Below are positions 1 through 15,125 of a stretch of 64,000 nucleotides of DNA, piece by piece. Source of the DNA: Neocallimastix sp. 'constans' (Eukaryota); NCBI GenBank assembly GCA_050613775.1, contig JBODTK010000120.1, positions 124,001 to 188,000 on the forward strand, written 5' to 3'. The translations under genes and the position numbers were made by a program. Positions within the stretch are counted from its first letter, which is position 1. Each line of letters starts with the position of its first letter. The notes under the pieces are model-generated. The model saw nothing but the letters and a program-made list of their open reading frames with translations, did no database searches and had not been told where the DNA came from.

Positions 1-244
1 AAATAGAATCTATACCAGCTCCGACACTTGTTATCTCACCACTCCACTAATATATTTAATAGAAAATTCATTAATATATTATAAAAAAAAAAAAACAATA
101 AATAAATAAATATCATTTCATTTTATTTATTTAGTTTATTTATATTTTTATTAAATAAATATACATACATTTGATGTAGAAGAGTCGATCATATCTCCTA
201 ACAAATCTAATGAAGATCTGTTATTCCATATTTTAAATAAAGCC

Positions 245-276
<32 letters not shown>

Positions 277-330
277 CATTAGTATTAATATTAATATTAC
301 TACTATAATTTATGTATTTACATTTCTCTT

Positions 331-363
<33 letters not shown>

Positions 364-818
364 CTTTTCTATTATTTTCCTTTGACAAAAAAAATTAATC
401 TAATCATCTATATTGTTATTCTAATAGAAAATTTAATTATTTAAAATATATATATACCTTTCTTGCAAAATTCTATTTTAAAATATTTAATATATATATA
501 TATATTTATTATTTTAATAAATACTACTGAATTGATATATATATATATATATTTGTATTAACCTCAAATCTTGTATCTCCTGTTAATCTACTTAAAGTTC
601 CAAATTCTAAAATAAATGTACCTGCTCCTGCAGAACAATTATATAATGTGTCTGTATTGACGGAAGCTCCACTTTTTAGGTTGACCTAATAATAATTTAA
701 CAAATACATTTATATATTTATTAATTTCAGGTATATATGTAAGCTTTTTTTTTTTTTTTTAATGAATAATTATGCTTTATTATTAATAGTTATGATTAAT
801 TATTATTTGTTATTGTCA

Positions 819-857
<39 letters not shown>

Positions 858-1424
858 AAGATAATTAACCTTATTTAATGGAATTTCTGATGTCGAATTA
901 TAGAAAGCTGGTAATAATCTTTTTCCTAAATCATAAGCTAGATTTAATAATTCATCATTATAATTGTCTAATTTAACACCATAATCATCATTTATTGCAA
1001 ATAAATGTCCTGCTAGAAGTCCTCCTAAAATTCTAATATTACTTTCAAATGTGCTTACTTGACTATCTATATCAAAATTTACTGTATGGATCACTTTATT
1101 AACAGCATTTTCAAATGCCTTTTTATCTCCAATAATAGCTAAAGTATCCAAGGAATCAATGAGTGTCAATGTATAGTTTCCTAATATATCATTCACACCA
1201 TAATTATTTTCATTCTCAAAATCTCTATCTTTACCATCACATGCTAATGGATGTAATTCATCTGAAGGAAAAGCATAGTTCATATATCCATTAAAAGCAT
1301 GAAATATCATCTCTTCCACTTTTTCTTTCAATTCATTTTTTCGTTTAATTGTCATTCCATTTGAAATAATTACAAATATAATAGATAATATTAAAAATTG
1401 AATACTTAATTTAAATTTTAGCAT
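1..1424 (-). CDS. GH47 alpha-1,2-mannosidase, EDEM/Htm1(Mnl1)-like; 5' part only, the gene runs off the window start. Exons 870-1424, 563-685, 458-472, 169-243, 1-46
   Basis: ATG at 1424 starts a signal peptide (MLKFKLSIQFLILSIIFVIISNG). GH47 motifs AFPSDELHPL, LTLIDSLDTL, FESNIRILGGLL, CSAGAGTFILEFGTLSRLTGD and GAGIDS are joined by phase-0 GT-AG introns. Confidence 0.92.
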
Positions 1425-1630
1425 TTTTTTTTTATATATATATATATATATATGTTTTGTTTTTATATATATATATTCCTTCAATGATAATAATTTTAAT
1501 TATTTTATACAATTTATTTAATTTATATAAATATAAATATATTAATTTTTTTAAAAAAAAATAAAAAAAAAAAAATTATTTGGTCCAATATAAAAATTTT
1601 AAACTTTAAATAATGTTTTAATATAAATAA

Positions 1631-1663
<33 letters not shown>

Positions 1664-2734
1664 AATTTTGAATTTTGAAAATATATAATAATTTAACAAT
1701 AAATAAATAATTTCTATTTTTATATAAGCTAAATTGTATAAGAGAAATAGCAATTTTTTAAATAATAATTAAATTTCAATAATACTTTAATTATTATTTA
1801 AAAAATAAAATTCAATAATACTTTCAATAATATTTTTTTTATTATTATTAGCTTTGGAAGTGTTTCTTAGTTCTAATTCAGAATAGGTGTCTTTTCCATA
1901 ACCTATATACAATATAAATAGTTATATTTACATATTGTCGTGGTTGAAAAATTTTTTAATAAATTAAAATATACTTTATAAAGTTTTAAATTATTAAATT
2001 TAAAATAACAGTTAATTTATATTTATTAATAATTGATTGATAAATTTTAATATCAATTAATTTATATTAGCTTTATTAAGAATAACATAAAAAAATGGTA
2101 CATAATATAAATAAAACTTATTAAAATAAGCTTAGGTTTAAAACAATATGTTCATTATTGATCATTCATCTTATGTAAACAAAAATATATTGTGTAACAA
2201 TTTTTATGTAATTATGAAAATAATCTATATTTATTTTATATAATGATTTATTATAAAATTTTCTATTTTATAAATAAAATTTATGCTATATTCTAATACT
2301 TTTTATACTAAATATTTTAAATAGTTTAAATAGTTAATATAATAAAAAAATTATTTTTATAATGGTTATAATTAATTAAATATATAAAATAAGAACATTT
2401 CATTATATATATATATATATATTTTTTTTTTTTTACTAATTCGCTTTTGCCAGTTTTTCGTTTTTTTGCCTTTATTTTTAATATAAAAATTAATATTAAT
2501 AAAATATATAAATTAATAAATAATTCATAAAATATCCATTAATTTATTTTTATTTTTATTTATTAATAAAGTTTTCATATTATTAAATAAATAAATAAAT
2601 AAAAAAAAAAAAACATTTCTCTATTGTGCTATGGTAATTTTTTTTTTTTTTTTTTTTTTTGTATTTTTATTTTATTTTTTTTTTATTTTATTTATTCATT
2701 TAATTGTATTTAATTTTAAAATAATAGGTATGTA

Positions 2735-2765
<31 letters not shown>

Positions 2766-3505
2766 GGATTAATTAAATTTTTTGGAAACTTTTCAAAACA
2801 TGACATTAAAAATAATTTAATACCAATTTAATAGGAATAATTTTTTTTTTTTTTTTTTTTTTTTTAACTTATTTTTATTATTTGGATGAAATTTTAAATA
2901 CATATGTATATATATATATATTTCATATACAAATATCTTATAAATATTTATAAAAATATTATATTGTAATATAGTAAATCTTACAAATAAATCTATAAGA
3001 ATAAATTTATGAATTTTTGTATTTAACATATGATTATTTAATCTTTAATTATAATCATTTGTTTTAAACAAAAATTCATATTTATTAAATATAAAGCATA
3101 TATGATTATAATAAAAGAATTAAATATTCAGAATAGAAAAATAAATCAAAATAAAAAAAATTAAAATAAAAAATAAAATAAAAAATAAAATAATAATAAT
3201 GATAATTTTTTTTTTTTTTTTAATTTTTATTTTATATAAATGTAATTTTTTTTAATTAAACTTTATATATATCAATATATATTAAATTGATATTTTATTA
3301 AATATTATTAAATATTATATATATATATTTTTTCTTTTCTACAAAAACAATAATTATGAATAAATATTCTTATTAAAGATCGTTTATATATAAAAAAAAT
3401 TAATGAATAAATAGTCTTATTAAAGATTATTTTCAAATTTAATAATTTTTATCAATTCAGAAGATTTAATAATTTAATCTATAACTTATTAATGATATAA
3501 TTTAC

Positions 3506-6505
3506 TTAATTTGATTTACAAGTAGATGGAATTCCACACCAATCAAGGTCTTTAACACCCCAATCACCAGATTCATCAGTTAAGAAAACGTCACAGGTAT
3601 CACAGCATGGGTAACCGAATTTATTAGACCAACATTCATCGTAACCCTTGATACATTCATCTGAAATTCCACACCATTCACCATTTTCAACACCCCATAA
3701 ACCATCTTCATCTTCAAGGTAACTAACACAGTGAGAACAGCACTTGTAACCAAGAGCTTCGAATTTACAAGTGGCTTCGGTAGATGGTTCAGTTGGTTCT
3801 TCACCAATTTTACAAGCGGCAACATCAATTTCACATGACTTTTCATCTTCCCAACCCCATAAGGAACCATCACCACCAGTACCAGTTACTTCACATCCCT
3901 TACAGTAGGTCTTTTCAACAACTGGTGGATTTTCAATTGGAGTATTGTCATTATAACCACAAGTTTTTTTATCAATTTCACATGATTTTTCATCTTCCCA
4001 TCCCCAGAAGGAACCATCTCCACCAGTACCTGTAACTTCACATCCCTTACAGTAAACCTTCTTATTAATGAAAGTTGGAACTTCTGTTAATTCTGATGGT
4101 CCTGGTAAATATGGTTTTAACCATGCCATTTGTTCTGGGAAAGCCTTTTCGGCATTTGGTTCAATAGATAAAATATTGTGTCCCCACCATGGACCAGCGG
4201 CCCACCATTGGACTCCCTTAATAACATCTCTGTTTTCTTGGAGGTACTCAATAACTTCTTCAATGCAGGACTTACATTGACTATTAGCAAGTCCACCAAT
4301 TTCACCAACCCATCCCTTTAAGTTGTTAGTCTTGAGCCATTCAACAAATTCCTTAAAGTTATTTTGACATGGAACTTGAACACAGGTAGCTTTACTACCA
4401 GAATAATCAGTATCGAAATATTGGTGAACTTCAAAGAGAATATTTTCATCTTCAGAAGAGAAGTATCTTAAGGAAACATCAGCATTAGCTTCTCCATACC
4501 ATGCTTCCTTACCCCAACTCCAAGCACCAGTCCATCCATTACCTGGAATTAAAATGTTATTCTTGGCTCCTGTGGCACGAATACCATCAACAGCAGCACG
4601 GGCTATCTTGAACCAGTCATCAGTTTCCATATCATGTGGTTCATTAACTAAACCGAACCAAACCTTTTCATTATCTTTGAAAATTTCTGCTAATTTAGTC
4701 CAGAAATCAACAAATGCTTCAATTGGAACTTCTTCGGATCCAATAAGATTATTTTTGTAACGAGCATAATTATGTGGATCAAGAATGACAGTAGCACCTT
4801 CAGCAGTAGTAGCATCAACAACCTTCTTATATTCAGTGATATCAAATTCATTGAATTCACCAAATAATTCATGTTGGAAACGTTCCCATCTGAAATTGAT
4901 ACGGAAAACATTCATACCTTGTTCAATAGTTGTTTTAATGGAATCGATACTTGGATAAATATAATGTTTGTTGTAAATACCTGGTAATTCACCTTCACCG
5001 AATTCACCACAACTTTCATTAACACCAACATATTCAAGTTTTTCACCATTATTAATATTATCATCAGTAGCATTATTACCAATTTTACAAGTGGTAATAT
5101 CAATTTCACATGACTTTTCATCTTCCCAGCCCCATAAGGAACCATCACCACCAGTACCTGTAACTTCACATCCCTTACAGTAGATCTTTTCAACAGCTGG
5201 TGTATCAACTGGTGTATCAACTGATCCATCATCATTATTATATCCACAAGTTTCTTTATCAATTTCACATGATTTTTCATCTTCCCATCCCCAGAAGGAA
5301 CCATCTCCACCAGTACCTGTAACTTCACATCCTTTACAGTAAACCTTTTCATTAACAAACGTTGGAACTTCTGTTAATTCTGATGGTCCTGGTAAATATG
5401 GTTTTAACCATGCCATTTGTTCTGGGAAAGCCTTTTCGGCATTTGGTTCAATAGATAAAACATTGTGTCCCCACCATGGACCAGCGGCCCACCATTGGAC
5501 TCCCTTAATAACATCTCTGTTTTCTTGAAGGTACTCAATAACTTCTTCAATACAGGACTTACATTGACTATCAGCAAGTCCACCAATTTCACCAACCCAT
5601 CCCTTTAAGTTGTTAGTCTTAAGCCATTCAACAAATTCCTTAAAGTTATTTTGACATGGAACTTGAACACAGGTAGCTTTACTACCAGAATAATCACTAT
5701 CGAAATATTGGTGAACTTCAAAGAGAATATTTTCATCTTCAGAAGAGAAGTATCTTAAAGCAACATCAGCATTAGCTTCTCCATACCATGCTTCCTTACC
5801 CCAACTCCAAGCACCAGTCCATCCATTACCTGGAATTAAAATGTTATTCTTGGCTCCTGTGGCACGAATACCATCAACAGCAGCACGGGCGGCCTTGAAC
5901 CAGTCATCTGTTTCCATATCATGTGGTTCATTGACTAAACCGAACCAAACCTTTTCATTATCTTTGAAAATTTCTGCTAATTTAGTCCAGAAATCAACAA
6001 ATGCTTCAATTGGAACTTCTTCGGATCCAATAAGATTATTGTTGTAACGAGCATAATTATGTGGATCAAGAATGACAGTAGCACCTTCAGCGGTTGTAGC
6101 ATCAACAACCTTCTTATATTCAGTGATATCAAATTCATTGAATTCACCAAATAATTCATGTTGGAAACGTTCCCATCTGAAATTGATACGGAAAACATTC
6201 ATACCTTGTTCAATAGTTGTTTTAATGGAATCGATACTTGGATAAATATAATGTTTGTTGTAAATACCTGGTAATTCACCTTCACCGAATTCACCACAAC
6301 TTTCATTAACACCGACCTAAATTCCATATTTTTGTATTTATTAATATAAATTAATAAATAAATATATCTTTATATATAATTTTTTTTTTTATTTTTATAA
6401 AATATATTTATTTAATTTAAATTCTTATATTATACTTACATATTCAAGTTTTTCAGCTGAAACTAAAGTTAAAGCTGTTAATAATAAAGCTTTAGATAAC
6501 TTCAT
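3506..6505 (-). CDS. Secreted bimodular GH5 (subfamily 5-like) endoglucanase, copy 1: SP-GH5-2xCBM10-GH5-2xCBM10-2x fungal dockerin. Exons 6440-6505 and 3506-6316 (958 aa)
   Basis: Signal exon MKLSKALLLTALTLVSAEKLEY, then intron 6317-6439 (GTAAGT..TAG). Two GH5 modules with DPHNYARY, NEPHD (acid/base), EVHQYFD and GEIG (nucleophile). Four YCKGC..WGWE..SC modules and two C-terminal dockerins (GYxCC..WGVENGEWCG, WGVKDLDWCG). Confidence 0.95.
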
Positions 6506-6550
6506 TTTTTTTTTTAATAGATATTCATTAAATATATTTTAATTATATAT

Positions 6551-6567
6551 TATTGTTCCAGACAATA
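6551..6567. promoter_or_regulatory. Conserved dyad element TATTGT-TCCAG-ACAATA upstream of GH5 copy 1 (identical at 13846-13862; variant at 21342-21357)
   Basis: The same 17-mer lies upstream of copies 1 and 2 in otherwise poorly alignable AT-rich DNA. It has 6-bp inverted arms. Confidence 0.45.
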
Positions 6568-8317
6568 AATATTATGTTTATTTTAATTTATTTAATTAAT
6601 AATTAATAACAAAAAATTATATATTCAAATTTATTATAAAAATGTGTATTAGAAATATATTTAATATTAATTTTTTGAATAATGAAGGGAAACAATTGCA
6701 TTTACATGAAAAATTGATTCTTTTATATGTTTTTTCTTTTATATATATATATTATATATTATAAATAATAATAATAGTAATAATTAAAGTTATTTATTTA
6801 TATCTAATCTTAATAACTATCAATTATAAAATTTAATGTAATTTAATAATAAAAAAGAAATAATTAATGAACATTAATATTAAATAAAAAAATACAAATA
6901 ATAAGACATTTTTTAAAACAATATAAATTTTTAATATAAATAAGAAAATAATTATTTCATATTAATATTTTAAATTTAAATTTAAATATATTCCATAATT
7001 TAAATTAAAAAAAAAAAAAATAAAATAAAAAATGCAAATAAGACATTTTTAAAACAATATAAATTTTTAATATAAATAAAGGAAACTAAAAAAATAAAAA
7101 AAAATTAATTCATATTAATATTATTATTATTTTAAATTTAAATATATTCCACAATTTAAAAGTTTATTTGATATAAACACGGAAATATTTTTAAAATTTA
7201 AACAATAATTTTTTAATTTTTTGTTTTATATTTAAATTAATTTATAATAAAGTATATATATATATAATAAATTAGTGTTATAAATAGAATAATAGATAGA
7301 TATATAAATTTTATATTTATATTAATAATACTGGTATAAAATATACAAGTAATAAATTTATTGTTAAAAATAGAATAATATATAATGTAAAAAATAGCTA
7401 TCTTTAAATGTATTTTATAAATTATTTTTAATATAAATATTACCAATATTTTTATAGTTTTATAATCTATTAATTTATATTAATAATAAAAAAATAGATA
7501 TTAATCAAGTTTAATATTTTCCATGTTCAATAAATAATAATTATTATAACAATAATAATAATAATAATAATAATAAGTATAAATCAAAATTTTATTATTT
7601 TTAATATATAATAAAATTAGCTAATCATCGTATTTATTATTATTTTTAATCTTTTATATAATATTTATATATATATATTTTTAATTATTTTTCTTTGTTT
7701 TATTTTTTTAAAAAAAAATAGATATTTTTAAAAAAAAATAGATATTAATTAAACGTTTCTTATTCTATTGTTTTAGTATAATTTTAATATTCTGAATGAT
7801 GAAATTTTCCATGTTTTATATATATAAATATTTAAAATTGGTAAATCAATATTTTCTATCATCTAATAAAATTTGGATTAAATTAATTTTATGGATTTTC
7901 TTGTTATAATAAAGTTTATCATTCGTTTATAAAATTTTTTTTTTATCTTTTTTTCATTAATTTAATAAAAATGAAAATGATATAAATATAGTTAAATTAA
8001 TTATATTAATCAAAGAATTTATTCACCTAAAATATTATAAAATTATAAAATAAGATTGGAAAAAGAAAGACAAAATAATATTATTGAGAATTTAATAGTT
8101 TTAAGAGTGAAAAGTTAATCACTATTTATGCTTATTTCGTTATTGTGAAATAATTCAATTGAAAGTTTTTCTTTTTTTTTAAAAAAAAATATATATATAT
8201 GTATTTCTTATTTTCATTATTTTTTAGTTTTCACTATTTCGCTTATAATTATTGTGAATATTGTTGTAATAAGTTAAATATATTAATGATATATAATATT
8301 TAAATAAAAAGTAATAC

Positions 8318-8384
8318 TTAATGTAATATTTAAAGTTCAACTAATTTTTTTTTAAGTATTATTGAACTTTAAATATTACATTAA
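8318..8384. repeat. Perfect 23-bp inverted repeat with 21-nt spacer
   Basis: TTAATGTAATATTTAAAGTTCAA (8318-8340) pairs with TTGAACTTTAAATATTACATTAA (8362-8384). Confidence 0.9.
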
Positions 8385-9190
8385 CATTTTATTATATCAT
8401 ATAATCATTTTTAATTGATGAATACCATATAAACATTTTTATACATTGTTTGAAAAATGTTTTATATTACAATACATAGAATTAGACAAATTATTGGAGC
8501 TTAGTATATCCTTTATATTTAGTCAAAATTCAATTTTTTAATTTTTTTTTTTTTTTTTTTAAATAAAATAGTATAACGGAAAATTTAAAATAATAATAAA
8601 ATTTTATATTTTTATTTTTTATTTTTTTTTTTTTTTTTTATTAATAATTTGACGGAAAATTTTAAAGTAATAATAAAAAAATTATATTTTTTTATTTAAT
8701 GTAAAATAATAATTAAATTTAAATATTTCAAAACTTTGTTAGTCTTTTTGTTTCACATATTTATATATAATTAATAATTTAACTTAATTATTTATATATT
8801 TATTTACATATAATAATTAGTTTTTTTATTATTTTTAAATTATTTCATATATTGAAGGTTAACTTTAAAGAATAAGACTTTTTCAGTTTTTATGAAATAT
8901 TACTATTTATAAAATATTTTAATTTTAATATTTCCATAAATAGTAATATAATGTTATACAATCTATATAATTATTTAAAAAAAAAAAATCTAAACTGACT
9001 TTTTTTTTTTTTTTTTCTCACTCCTGTGTGTCCCAAGAAGACATATAATATATATACAATATTAATCAATAATCATTTGTACCATAGTTACAATTATGGT
9101 ACAAATAACGGCTTCCTTCTGTTAGATTATTTATTCAAACAATAGGCTTTATTTTAGTTATTATCTCATCAAATCAATCATCCACTATTT

Positions 9191-9221
<31 letters not shown>

Positions 9222-10755
9222 ATTTCCTATCATAAAAATTTGAAATAAAATTTATGTTAATTTATTATTATATTTATATATTTATTTATTAAAAATTAAT
9301 AGACTGTCAATTATATATTTATATATAATAATTTTTATTAGTTGAATAATTATTTTTAATATTTTTTTTATAGCCGCAATTATTGTGAACTTTAATCTTT
9401 ATTTGTTTATTCTTATATAAAATATATGAATACTTTTAATTTTAATAAAAAAATAAAAAAACACAGAATTAATAAAATAAATAAATATTATTTATCCAAT
9501 GTGAACATAATAATAAATGAAATAGTAACGTGAAAGAAAAAGTAATAATCAAAAATAAGTGTATAAATAAATTCAGAATTATTTTTAATATAAAAATCTA
9601 TTTAGAATATTATTATTGTTATTGTTATAATTATCATTAATATTATTATTATTATTATTATATCAATATTATTATTATTATCATTAATATTAATATTAAT
9701 ATTATTATTATTATTATTATTTAATAATTTTTACTAATTACATACAATAATGAAAATATTTATTTTTTGTTTTTTCATTTTATTTTTATTTATTTATTTA
9801 TTTATTTATATGTAATTATATGAACTTCACTTTTTCATTTTATTTTTATTTATTTTTTCATTTATGACCTTAATATATGTAATTTTTTTTTATATATATT
9901 ACCGTAATTATTGCTAACTTTAACCTTATTTAAATAATAATTAAATAATTAGTAATTATCTTAATAAATGAATAAATAAATAATATTTGAAGTTTAAAAA
10001 AAATTATATAATATATAATATTTAAATATAATGTTGCTGTTCACTAAAATTTTGTACTAATTACATAATAAAAGTTAAATTAAAAATAATACAATATATA
10101 TATATATAAATAACTAAAAAAAAAATAATATAAGAATTATAATAAGTTTATTTGTTTATTTTATTTATTTTCTGTTTTTTATTATTTTTATTTTTTTTTT
10201 CATTAAATAATTTATATTTAAACTTTGTTTTACATTCTAAATTATTTTTTTTATTTCTATTTCTTCTTTTATTTTTTTTTTTTATGGTTTTTATTTCTTT
10301 ATATTTCTATATATTTATTTATTTTTAATTATTTCTTTATTTTTAATTATTTTCCATCTATTTATTCTTTCTTTATTTATCTTTTTTTATTTTTATTTCC
10401 TTATTTTTTTATTTAGTTTTGCTAAATTTATATCAATTTTTCTAAATTTGATTATAGATTTCCAATTTTATATTTATAAAATAAAATTGTTTTAATATTA
10501 AAAGGGATTTAATCTTTATATAAAATATTTTATTTATTTATTTATTTCTATTAAAAGAAATCATCATATATTTGAATTAGATTTCTTTTTTAAACTACAT
10601 TTATTAAAATTATTTAAAATATTTTATGTAATTTTGATAAAAGAAATCATTATATACTTGGGATTAGATTTCTTTTTTTATTTTTCTTGGAACTATTATT
10701 ATTAAAACTTTAACTTTTTTTTTCATGTTAATATTATTGATCATTATATTAAAAT

Positions 10756-13725
10756 TTAGTTAGCTTTACAAGTGGATGGAACACCACACCAATCAAGGTC
10801 TTTAACACCCCAATCACCAGATTCATCAGTTAAGAAAACGTCACAGGTATCACAGCATGGGTAACCGAATTTATTAGACCAACATTCATCATAACCCTTG
10901 ATACATTCATCTGTAATTCCACACCATTCACCATTTTCAACACCCCATAAACCATCTTCATCTTCAAGGTAACTAACACAGTGAGAACAGCACTTGTAAC
11001 CAAGAGCTTCGAATTTACAGGTAGATGGTTCAGTTGGTTCTTCACCAATTTTACAAGCGGCAACATCAATTTCACATGACTTTTCATCTTCCCAACCCCA
11101 TAAGGAACCATCACCACCAGTACCAGTTACTTCACATCCTTTACAGTAGGTCTTTTCAACAACTGGTGGATTTTCAATTGGAGTATTGTCATTATAACCA
11201 CAAGTTTCTTTATCAATTTCACATGACTTTTCATCTTCCCATCCCCAGAAGGAATTATCACCACCAGTACCAGTAACAACACATCCCTTACAGTAAACCT
11301 TCTTATTAATGAAAGTTGGAACTTCTGTTAATTCTGATGGTCCTGGTAAATATGGTTTTAACCATGCCATTTGTCCTGGGAAGGCCTTTTCAGCATTTGG
11401 TTCAATAGATAAAGCGTTGTGTCCCCACCATGGACCAGCGGCCCACCATTGGACTCCCTTAATAACATCTCTGTTTTCTTGAAGGTAATCAAGAACTTCT
11501 TCAATACAAGCCTTACATTCATCATTGAGAGTTCCACCAATTTCACCAACCCATCCCTTTAAGTTGTTAGTCTTAAGCCATTCAACAAATTCTTTGAGGT
11601 TGTTTTGACATGGACGTTGGACACAAGTATCATGAGAACCAGAGTAATCAGTATCGAAATATTGGTGAACTTCAAAGAGAATATTTTCATCTTCAGAAGA
11701 GAAGTATCTTAAGGAAACATCAGCATTAGCTTCTCCATACCATGCTTCCTTACCCCAACTCCAAGCACCAGTCCATCCATTACCTGGAATTAAAATGTTA
11801 TTCTTGGCTCCTGTAGCACGAATACCATCAACAGCAGCACGGGCGGCCTTGAACCAGTCATCAGTATCCATATCATGTGGTTCATTGACTAAACCGAACC
11901 AAACCTTTTCATTATCTTTGAAAATTTCAGCTAATTTAGTCCAGAAATCAACAAATGCTTCAATTGGAACTTCTTCGGATCCAATAAGATTATTTTTGTA
12001 ACGAGCATAATTATGTGGATCAAGAATGACAGTAGCACCTTCAGCGGTAGTAGCATCAACAACCTTCTTATATTCGGTGATATCAAATTCATTGAATTCA
12101 CCAAATAATTCATGTTGGAAACGTTCCCATCTGAAATTGATACGGAAAACATTCATACCTTGTTCAATAGTTGTTTTAATGGCATCAATATTTGGATAAA
12201 TGTAATGTGTGTTGTAGATACCTGGTAAAGAACCTTCACCAAATTCACCACAACTTTCATTAACACCAACATATTCAAGTTTTTCACCATTATCAGTATT
12301 ATCATCAGAAGCATTATTACCAATTTTACAAGTGGCAACATCAATTTCACAAGATTGTTCATCTTCCCAACCCCATAAGGAACCATCACCACCAGTACCA
12401 GTTACTTCACATCCCTTACAGTAGGTCTTTTCAACAACTGGTGGATTTTCAATTGGAGTATTGTCATTATAACCACAAGTTTCTTTATCAATTTCACATG
12501 ACTTTTCATCTTCCCATCCCCAGAAGGAATTATCACCACCAGTACCAGTAACAACACATCCCTTACAGTAAACCTTCTTATTAATGAAAGTTGGAACTTC
12601 TGTTAATTCTGATGGTCCTGGTAAATATGGTTTTAACCATGCCATTTGTCCTGGGAAGGCCTTTTCAGCATTTGGTTCAATAGATAAAGCATTGTGTCCC
12701 CACCATGGACCTGCGGCCCACCATTGGACTCCCTTAATAACATCTCTGTTTTCTTGGAGATATTCAAGAACTTCTTCAATACATTCCTTACATTCATCAT
12801 TGAGAGTTCCACCAATTTCACCAACCCATCCCTTTAAGTTGTTAGTCTTAAGCCATTCAACAAATTCTTTGAGGTTGTTTTGACATGGACGTTGGACACA
12901 AGTATCATGAGTACCAGAGTAATCAGTATCGAAGTATTGGTGAACTTCAAAAAGAATATTTTCATCTTCAGAAGAGAAGTATCTTAAGGAAACATCAGCA
13001 TTAGCTTCTCCATACCATGCTTCCTTACCCCAACTCCAGGCACCAGTCCATCCATTACCTGGAATTAAAATGTTATTCTTGGCTCCTGTAGCACGAATAC
13101 CATCAACAGCAGCACGGGCGGCCTTGAACCAGTCATCAGTATCCATATCATGTGGTTCATTAACTAAACCGAACCAAACCTTTTCATTATCTTTGAAAAT
13201 TTCGGCTAATTTAGTCCAGAAATCAACAAATGCTTCAATTGGAACTTCTTCGGATCCAATAAGATTATTTTTGTAACGAGCATAATTATGTGGATCAAGA
13301 ATGACAGTAGCACCTTCAGCGGTTGTAGCATCAACAACCTTCTTATATTCGGTGATATCAAATTCATTGAATTCACCAAATAATTCATGTTGGAAACGTT
13401 CCCATCTGAAATTGATACGGAAAACATTCATACCTTGTTCAATAGTTGTTTTAATGGCATCAATATTTGGATAAATATAATGTTTGTTGTAAATACCTGG
13501 TAATTCACCTTCACCAAATTCACCACAACTTTCATTAACACCGACCTAATTTCAGATTTTTTATTTTAATTTTTATTTTGATACATTAATAAGCATATAT
13601 TTATATATATATATATTACAAAAATGTTATTCAAATACTAATTATATTTATATATTTACGTATTCAAGTTTTTCAGCTGAAACTAAAGTTAAAGCTGTTA
13701 ATAATAAAGCTTTAGAAAATTTCAT
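10756..13725 (-). CDS. Secreted bimodular GH5 endoglucanase, copy 2, same architecture as copy 1. Exons 13660-13725 and 10756-13545 (951 aa)
   Basis: Signal exon MKFSKALLLTALTLVSAEKLEY, intron 13546-13659, two GH5 modules with NEP/GE catalytic motifs, 4 CBM10-type modules and 2 dockerins. Confidence 0.95.
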
Positions 13726-14939
13726 TTTTTTTTTTTTTTTTTTTGTTTTTTTTTTGTTTTTTTTTTGTTTTTTTGTTTATTTATGAAAATTTATATTTTA
13801 TTATATATTTTCTTTTAATAATTAAAATCTTATTTTTATATTTTTTATTGTTCCAGACAATATTTCTTTTTAATTAATTTTAAAAGAAAGATGAAGAAAT
13901 AATTTATTTTTCTATTATTCAAGTTTATTTTTATTTCTAAAATAATTTTTAATATGTAACTGGAAAAAAAAATAAAAATGAAGAATGATTAAACAAAAAA
14001 AAAAGTACGTGAAAAAAATATTCTTTTTATATAATCGAGAATAATATAAAAAAAATATAATAATAAATAACTTTAAAATAGCAATTATATAGTTTATAAT
14101 TTAATTAAAAATTAATTAAAAATTTAAAGGTCTACAAACCTAAATAATAATAGTAACAATAATAACAATAAATAAAAAACATTTCTTTTTTTTTTTTTTT
14201 TTACAAAAATAGAATTTAATTACAAAGCATTTTTTCCTTTTAATAAATTATTAATTTTTAGTTTACAAATATAATTTTATGTTATATTAATATTTTATTA
14301 CTTAAAATAATATTAATATAAAATAAAGTTTAATAAAATTCCATTATATTAAATTAAATATAATTCCATTATTCGTTAAAATAATATAACTTATTTAATA
14401 TTACTTCAAATGTGTCATTTAAATATTTAAAACTTTAATAACTATTTTTTTTAAAAAACTATAACATATATATTGTGAAAAAAAATTCCTTTAATAGTAT
14501 TGTTTTTTTTTTTTTTTTTTTTATAAATATTGTATATTATAAAATTTGTATTAAATAAATATTGGTTTAAATATAAATTATTGTGTACCAAAATAAAATT
14601 ACATTGTTTTAAATTTTTCCATTAATTTTTTTTTATATAAAACACATTTAAATTCATAATAGTTTTTATTGTTTTTGATTATTACATTTATTATATATTA
14701 GTTTTAATTAAAATAAATTTATTAAATAAAATATTATTCTCCTATTGGTTTAGTAAAGGTTTAATAAAACAATAATAATTATGTCCCATTCAATTTATAA
14801 TTATAGTCTGATCATTGTTTAAATTAATAAATATTAAATATAAATTTAAATTAATATATTTAATATTTTTCATTATTGTAAAGTTTCAAAAAAATATTCT
14901 ATATATATATATAAAACATAATTCTATTTTAGTTTTATG

Positions 14940-15125
14940 CTCTTTTTGTTATTCATACTTTATATAAATATTTAGAATTCATGATACTCTTTTTGTTATT
15001 CAAACTTTATATAAATATTTAGAATTCATTATACTCTTTTTGTTATTCATACTTTATATAAATATTTAGAATTCATTATACTCTTTTTGTTATTCATACT
15101 TTATATAAATATTTAGAATTCATTA
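14940..15125. repeat. Tandem repeat, 47-bp unit, about 4 copies
   Basis: TCTTTTTGTTATTCATACTTTATATAAATATTTAGAATTCAT recurs at 14941, 14988, 15035 and 15082. Confidence 0.9.

Noticed and set aside
1523..3029. Short F/I/Y/K-rich ORFs (also 7237, 10225, 25255, 62656)
   Set aside because: They are translations of homopolymer and microsatellite DNA with no protein-like character.
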